Both the position numbers and the translations under genes were made by a program. Under the pieces are notes generated by a model. It worked only from the letters and a program-made list of their open reading frames with translations, was not told where the DNA came from and did not search any database. A DNA stretch of 64,000 nucleotides, taken from contig OX597833.1 in the NCBI GenBank assembly GCA_951406725.2, positions 15,934,001 to 15,998,000 of the forward strand, written 5' to 3'. The stretch comes from Octopus vulgaris. Taxonomy: Eukaryota. Of this stretch, positions 56,841 through 64,000 are shown piece by piece (the first letter of the stretch is position 1; each line of letters starts with the position of its first letter).

Positions 56841-57569
56841 CAGCTACAAATTCCTGGTGTCGATTTGTTCGACAAGAGGCGGAGCTCCAGCATGGCCGCA
56901 ATCAAATAACTGAAATAAATAATAGAATAATAGAATGCAATATGTATGTATGTATGTATGTATGTATACACAGACACATGTGGAAACTGCATTGTCACCT
57001 GTGTTCATCATATTCTTTCTTACGGATTTTTCTTTCCTTTTCATATATTCTACACTAAATCCGTGTAGGTGCTTGGATCAGTAAACTTCCTTTATGTATG
57101 TATTCAACATTCCAGTATATTCATAGCTATATCTGCATGCGGAAATTATGTTGGCGTATTTTCCTGTAAGTTATATAAGACAAAGTCAATGTAATTTTAT
57201 AGATATTACAACTGTATTATGAATTTTCAACGTGAGGTTTGTATGCCATTGTACGCCGTTTGTAAACCTAAGTTTCTTGCATTTTAGCATTGTTTTGTGA
57301 ATATCACTTCGAACGTCATTCGTCTATTATTGCGACGTATTTTATAGAATATTGTCCGCTAATATTTTCCTGTCTAACTTTGGTTTGAATTATGTGTTAT
57401 GTGCTATATTATATAGAATTCAACAAAAATGTTTTTTAAAATCTAAAAAAAATATATATATAAACCTTTTTCAGATACAAAAGCGTCGAGTTTTTTCATA
57501 AAACGTGTGATAATGTGTGTGCATGCGTGTGTGTATGAAAGTATATAAATAAATAGGTAAATAAGTAAG

Positions 57570-57574
<5 letters not shown>

Positions 57575-57634
<60 letters not shown>

Positions 57635-57755
57635 AAATATATATATATATATGTGTGTGTATATGTATATATATACATATATATATGTATATATATATAT
57701 ATATATACATATATATATGTATGTAAATATATATATATATATGTATATGTGTGTG

Positions 57756-57800
<45 letters not shown>

Positions 57801-58330
57801 GTACATATATACACACACACACACATATATATATATATAAACAAGTTGAAGAAAGTAAGTCATCGTTATATATATGTATATATATATGTGTGTATATATG
57901 TATGTATATATGTATATATTTTTAGATATATACGTGTGTGTGAATGTACATAAGTATTTATGCATGTATGTACGCACGTATGTATGTATATATGTGTGTG
58001 TTGGTATGTACGCATGTATGTATGACTGTATGCATGCAAGTGCGTAAGCATGAACGCATGTATGTATGCATGTAAGTATGTATGTATGTATGTATGTATG
58101 TATGTATGTATGTATGTATGTATGTATGTATGTATGTATGTATGTATGTATGTATGTATGTATGTATGTATGAATGTATGTACGTCTGTATGTATGTATG
58201 TATGTATGTATGTATGTATGTATGTATGTATGTATGTATGTATGTATGTATGTATGTATGTATGTATGTATGTATGTATGTATGTATGTATGTATGTATG
58301 TATGTATGAATGTATGTACGTCTGTATGTA
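57575..58330. repeat. Compound (TA)n/(TG)n/(TATG)n microsatellite block, representative of many others in the window
   Basis: Directly visible. Confidence 0.97.
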
Positions 58331-58566
58331 TGCGTGTATATATACGTGTGTGTTGTCGATATGACCTCATTACAGTAAAATGTAGTTTATAGCAAAGCAA
58401 AAAAAAAAAGATGCAATAAAATGCCAAAGTATTAAAACTATAAAAAGAAATTTATAGAAATTTCAAACTACTATGACAATGGTTGTTTTATTGCTGGTTT
58501 ATACTAAAATCTATAACCGTATTGATGGACGTGGCGTCATACATAGGTCGGTATTTAAAAAAATGG

Positions 58567-58606
<40 letters not shown>

Positions 58607-58723
58607 TAATAAATAAGTAATCTTTATAGGCGATGAAGGAGAAATTAACGGTAGTGGGTTTGGACAAGAACGGATATAAAATATGAAGAATATGAAAAGA
58701 TAAGTAATGTACCATATAATGTA

Positions 58724-58958
<235 letters not shown>

Positions 58959-59021
58959 ATGATTGATATATATATATATAGATATATGTAAATATAGTAT
59001 GTGACAATTATTCGTAGCCAT

Positions 59022-59082
59022 GATAAAACTCCGAGTTTCGGATGTCGGGACGGAAACCCACGCCGCCATCTCTTCAGTTATC
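59022..59082 (-). ncRNA. Type I hammerhead ribozyme motif (left arm of a foldback)
   Basis: The reverse complement reads GATAA-CTGAAGA-GATG...CATC-C-GAAA-CTCGGAG-TT-TTATC, with a perfect stem I (GATAA/TTATC). Confidence 0.75.
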
Positions 59083-59103
59083 CGGCCAATTTTTTCGATG
59101 GGC

Positions 59104-59166
59104 TGATGACTGAAGAGATGGCAGCGTGGGTTTCCGCGCCGACATCCGAAACTCGGAGTTTTATCA
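59104..59166 (+). ncRNA. Type I hammerhead ribozyme motif (right arm of a foldback)
   Basis: TGATGA (stem I) - CTGAAGA core - GATG...CATC (stem II, plus one extra C) - GAAA - stem III ACTC-G-GAGT - GUU cleavage triplet - TTATCA (stem I'). Confidence 0.75.
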
Positions 59167-59699
59167 TGGCTACCGAATAATTGTCACGCATTATATTTAC
59201 AGATAAATTCCTCTATTTACATAATATCGAGGTCTCTTTCATTCTTTTGTTGTCTTACCATTTTCTATCAATATATATATATATATATATGATGTGTGTG
59301 TATGAATGTACGTGTCTGTGCGTGCATATACGCGTGTGCACACTAGTAGGGATCAATGAGAACGAGTGGTCAACACCGTATTGGTGGAAAATTATTATTT
59401 ATTTGTGTGTTAACGTGGCAAACATCTTGGTACTCTCATTCAAAAAGGTGAGGAGAACCCACGCTTGACCAATTGTGAAAACCTTTGTACATGAAAACAT
59501 TGGTTGCTTTGTTTACCCACAAACAATGTTTATATACAAACACACACACTCACACCCATACATATATATATACATAGATGTGTGTGTGTGTGTGTGTGTA
59601 TGATGGACTCTCCCGTCGGTTTCGATGTTTGAGGCTTCGACAACGTGCTTAATGCTTTTGTGACGGTTAAGTTCCGCCAGCGATTTTCAAAGAAGACCA

Positions 59700-60487
59700 C
59701 AAATGTTGCAAGTTTAAGGATTACGGGTCAGTGTAGGTGGTATATTTGCAGTCGCTTTTCTCCTTTGCCTTGAAACCCGAGGCCTGTTAATGCTGGTTGC
59801 AATAACGGTTTTTAATACCATTTTGACACAACAATCTCCATTTTGTTCGTACCAAGGTTGTTCGCTCAAAGGAGTTGTGAGCTATCTGAGGCATGGGAAT
59901 TCCTGTGTCCACTCTCAAGCTGGCTGTACATGAGGAATTTGGGTATTCTTTCGTCACTCATTCTGATGACATGGTCAGCCCAGCGCAATTGCTATTGTAT
60001 AAGGAAGCTCTCAATTCCACGAATCTTACACATACTAAACAAGTCGGCATTAGGATTTTTGTCTTTTAGTGAATAACCGTAGATTGTCCTCAGACAGTCT
60101 TTGTGGAAGATGTCTAGTTGGTTAATGTGTTGTCTATAAGGTCTCCACGATTCTGAGCAATGCAAGAGAGTATTAAGAATGGCTTTTTTAAGGCGGTGAG
60201 CCGGCAGAAACGTTGGCACGCCGGGCGAAATGCTTAGCAGTATTTCGTCTGTCGCTACGTTCTGAGTTCAAATTCCGCCGAGGTCGACTTTGCCTTTCAT
60301 CCTTTCGGGGTTGATTTAAAAAGTACCAATTACGCACTGGGGTCGGTGTAATCGACTTACTCCCTTCGTCTGTCTTTGTTTGTCCCTTCTGTGTGTAGCC
60401 CCTTGTGGGCAATAAAGAAATATGAATGGCTATTTTAAAGACCTGCACTTTGGTGTCAAGTTTGATGCCCCTTTCATTCCATAGACG
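59700..60487 (-). mobile_element. RTE (BovB-like) LINE fragment interrupted by a family A SINE at 60189-60421
   Basis: RLWNERGIKLDTKVQVFKIAI | LNTLLHCSESWRPYRQHINQLDIFHKDCLRTI...QLRWADHVIRMSDERIPKFLMYSQL. The duplicated GAATGGCT flanks the SINE. Confidence 0.85.
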
Positions 60488-61178
60488 ATATATATATATA
60501 TATATAAAAGCACCCAACAGTTTGTCCAGATGCCCACCCACCCTCAAAAGCAATTCCCCATATCCTAGTCAACTATCGTCAAATGAATCTCATTTTTAAC
60601 ATCGCCAAAATAGTGGTGGGTTACCCACAATATCGTTATCCAACACCTTGAGCCTATCTATCTCTCTTCCCCTCTCACTCCCACCCTACATCCATCCATC
60701 TTTCCCTATCCCTCTCTTCTCCTCTCTCAGTCTCTCCTTCTCTCTTCCTCTCTCCTCAACGAGCATCTGAAAATCTAGAGCCACTGGAAACCTAGTTTTT
60801 TTTCTGTCACTCACCAGTCCACCCTCGTCTTCCAGAACTTAGTAAATGCAAGGTTGTTAACCTTCAGCCGTGACTGGAATGCGCGTCTTTAGTATGACTT
60901 CTCTGCTTACGGGCTCCGTCTACTTTTCTTCAATTGGTTTTCCCAGCTTCCCAAAATGTTTCGCTATCATTTATGTAAATTTAATTATATAGCAATACAC
61001 AACTTTATCAGTTATACCTGCAGCTGTAATTTCAAATTACAACTCCGACTTTCTCTGTCACCCCCGCTCCCTCTTTCTCTCTCTCTCTCTCTCTCTCGCT
61101 CTCTTGCATACAAGCTATCTATCACTATAAATATTATTATACATATATATATATATATACACATACACAAATATATAC

Positions 61179-61223
<45 letters not shown>

Positions 61224-61347
61224 CATGTGTATATATACGTCTGTGTGTGCGTGTGTTTGTGTATGTATATATATGGTTATATTTATATGTATAAATATAT
61301 CTAGATAGATAGATAGATAGATTGAAAGATAGATAGATAGATAGATT

Positions 61348-61448
<101 letters not shown>

Positions 61449-63612
61449 GCAGAACATCCGGCGCAGCTGCGGTCGAAAACTAGTAATAAAATCTCAGATA
61501 TTTATTCTTGAATGACTATATTTTATACTTAATATGCAATAATTCTTAAACTAATGGGAAAATAAGTGTTGGCAAGTAAAGGACACGTACAAATATAACC
61601 ATTCACATAACCAATGGAAACCGGAGTAAATATTTGGAGAAAATTCGAACAACCGGATATCCAAACTGCAAGTGATTAAGAAATTATATAATGTGTTGTG
61701 GTGGTGAACCCCGACCTACTGCAGCGATCTCCTCTGCTGTCACAGTCATACGTTTTAAACCCAGAGGTGCCATCACATTTGGGTGTTACAATCGCTCTAA
61801 TACCCATTGCGTGGAGTGTCTCGGAGTCCTAGTATCACGATCCACGTTGTTGGCCGTATATCGAACTATTTCACTGTCTGAAGAATGTTTCCGCATTGAA
61901 CCGTTCTGTTTCACTCGGATGACCAAATTACTTTCTACATTCTCTGTGAACAACATCACCCGGTTTCTCCACAATATTAGATCCACGTTGAAGACGTGAT
62001 TTTGCTATGCCTTTACAACCTTTGTCACCCAGTGTGACTGTTGCACCATTTCTCTGTTTCTTGTTATAAAATACGCAGTCTGCTACGATGACTCTGAAGA
62101 AAAAATGGTTGATTATTAATATAGACTTAAAGACAGACATTATGAGAAAACCTGCATGTGTTGTGTTGTGTTGTTGCTTTCGTTTTTTGTTCCTTCTCGA
62201 GCCATGTTTGGCTCATAAGAGCCGGTTTTCCAGTTACATTGACGTATAGGTTCCCCGTCGCAGGTGAGCTGCAAGATGCAGGAAGAAAGAGTGAGAGTAA
62301 GTTGTGGCGAAAGAGTCAGCAGAAGATCGCCATTACCTTCTGCCAGAGCCGCGTGGAGCTTGTGTGTTTCGCTCATAAAAACACACATCGCCCGATCTGA
62401 GACTCGAAAAAACGTTCCCTCGACCGCGAGTCCGCTACTTTAACCACTAGGTCATGCGCCTCCTCAAACCTGCATGTAGTTATGAATATTACTACCTATA
62501 ATGATGCAGCACAGACATCCAAACTATAGAATCCAATACTTGGACATGCCATATCATACACACTTCTTATACCAATCATATAGAACATACAATGCCCGTT
62601 AAGAGTTAAAATGGGATGAGGGTACCCCTGGTAAATGTATAAGGCAGCCCCAAATCTCTTGGCAGACATTTCCATGGGAAAGATATACCAGAAAAACATA
62701 GGTTTCAACACAAAAATGGTTTGATAGCTTCATGAAAAGTGTTGCTGTGCCTGTCTGTACCTTGGTTGTCTAATCCTGAAATCCAAAAGTTCTCCACTGA
62801 AAAAAAATATCGTTATATTCAAAAGATTTTGTGAGGCTTTTAGTCTATCATAAATGGTACCCTACTGAACAAATTCCAACAGGTTTCGTTTCTGTTGGAA
62901 TTAGTGGTGGGTTCTGGGGAATAGCAACTAATTTGACTGGACTATATGCATATATTGTGGAGGCACATGGCCTAGGGGTTAGAGCAGAGGACTCGCAGTC
63001 GAGGCTTCGTAGATTCGAATCTCAGACCGGGCGATGTGTGTGTTTATGAGCGAAACACCTAAACTTCACGTGCCTCCTGCAGAAGGTAAAGGCGAACTTC
63101 TGCTGACTCTTTCGCCATAACTTTCTCTCACTCTTTCCTCCTGCATCTTGCAGCTCACCTGCGACGAACCGGCGTCCCGTCCATTTGGAGAACCTATACT
63201 CCAAGGAAACCGGGAAACCGGACCTTATGAGCTAGGCGTGGCACGAGAAGGAACAAACAATATGTACATATTACATTTATGTCCGTCATAGATTTGAGAA
63301 TTTTGAAACGTATCATATTAATCCCTCAATGTATGAAATGTCAACAAATTTAAGAGAACAAAAGGTCTCTGGCAACCCTTGAGAAACCTACATAAAATTG
63401 GCCTCTTGAGATATGCATAAATCAGCAAATTAAGAAATTAAGAGGGAATACAACTCTTGAAAAACCTATTTAAAATTGGCCTGTGTCAAAGTGTTTGTCA
63501 AGTGGACGCCTGTAATTATCAATGTCTGCTCTTGGAATTTGCTAATTGACCGAGGCGAGGCTTAAAATTCTTAGAAACTGGAGTCATCTAAATAAAAGTA
63601 GTCTATCAATCA

Positions 63613-63675
<63 letters not shown>

Positions 63676-63883
63676 GAGCTATCTATATATTCCACATATA
63701 TGAAAGTGGCCACTCCTACAAGCGTAGAAGTGGGTGTGTACTAAGTAGCTTGCTTATCAAGTATATTGTTCCGGGTTCACTCCCACTGGGTGGTACCTAG
63801 GGCAAGTGTCTTCTACTATAGCCTTGGGCCAACCAAAGCCTTGTGAATGGATTTCGTAAACGGAAACTGACAGAAGCCCGTCG

Positions 63884-63953
<70 letters not shown>

Positions 63954-64000
63954 TATAAATATATGAGTGTATTTTTACCTTGTTAACAATTAACACGGAA

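Larger units (their letters stand above)
59001..59187. repeat. Foldback (inverted repeat) with ~82-bp arms, probably PLE pseudo-LTR derived
   Basis: 59001-59082 is the near-perfect reverse complement of 59105-59187, with a ~22-bp spacer. It lies next to TA/GATA microsatellites. Confidence 0.9.

Noticed and set aside
61877-61912. CTGAAGA-ATG..CAT-TGAAC hammerhead-like string
   Set aside because: It has GAAC instead of GAAA and no stem I complementarity.

Overview
AT-rich, repeat-dense eukaryotic DNA. The SINE families and microsatellite load suggest an octopus genome, but this is inferred from pattern recognition and not from a search. No intact host protein-coding gene could be supported, and nearly all listed ORFs are microsatellite or SINE read-through. 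The window holds dozens of tRNA-derived SINE copies from about four families (A-D here), one of which forms 184-bp multimers. It also holds R4/Dong-clade REL-endonuclease retroelement 3' ends inside (TAA)n, RTE, CR1-like and Tx1-like LINE remnants, an internally deleted mariner, a GG..CC MITE and Helitron-like elements. An ATG-less Penelope-like GIY-YIG frame at 13107-13499 (-) is missed by the ORF track. The most notable signal is a set of short elements carrying minimal type I hammerhead-ribozyme motifs, some in inverted pairs and most beside (TA)n or (CA)n runs. One of them places a tRNA-type Pol III promoter upstream of a hammerhead core (42572-42872).
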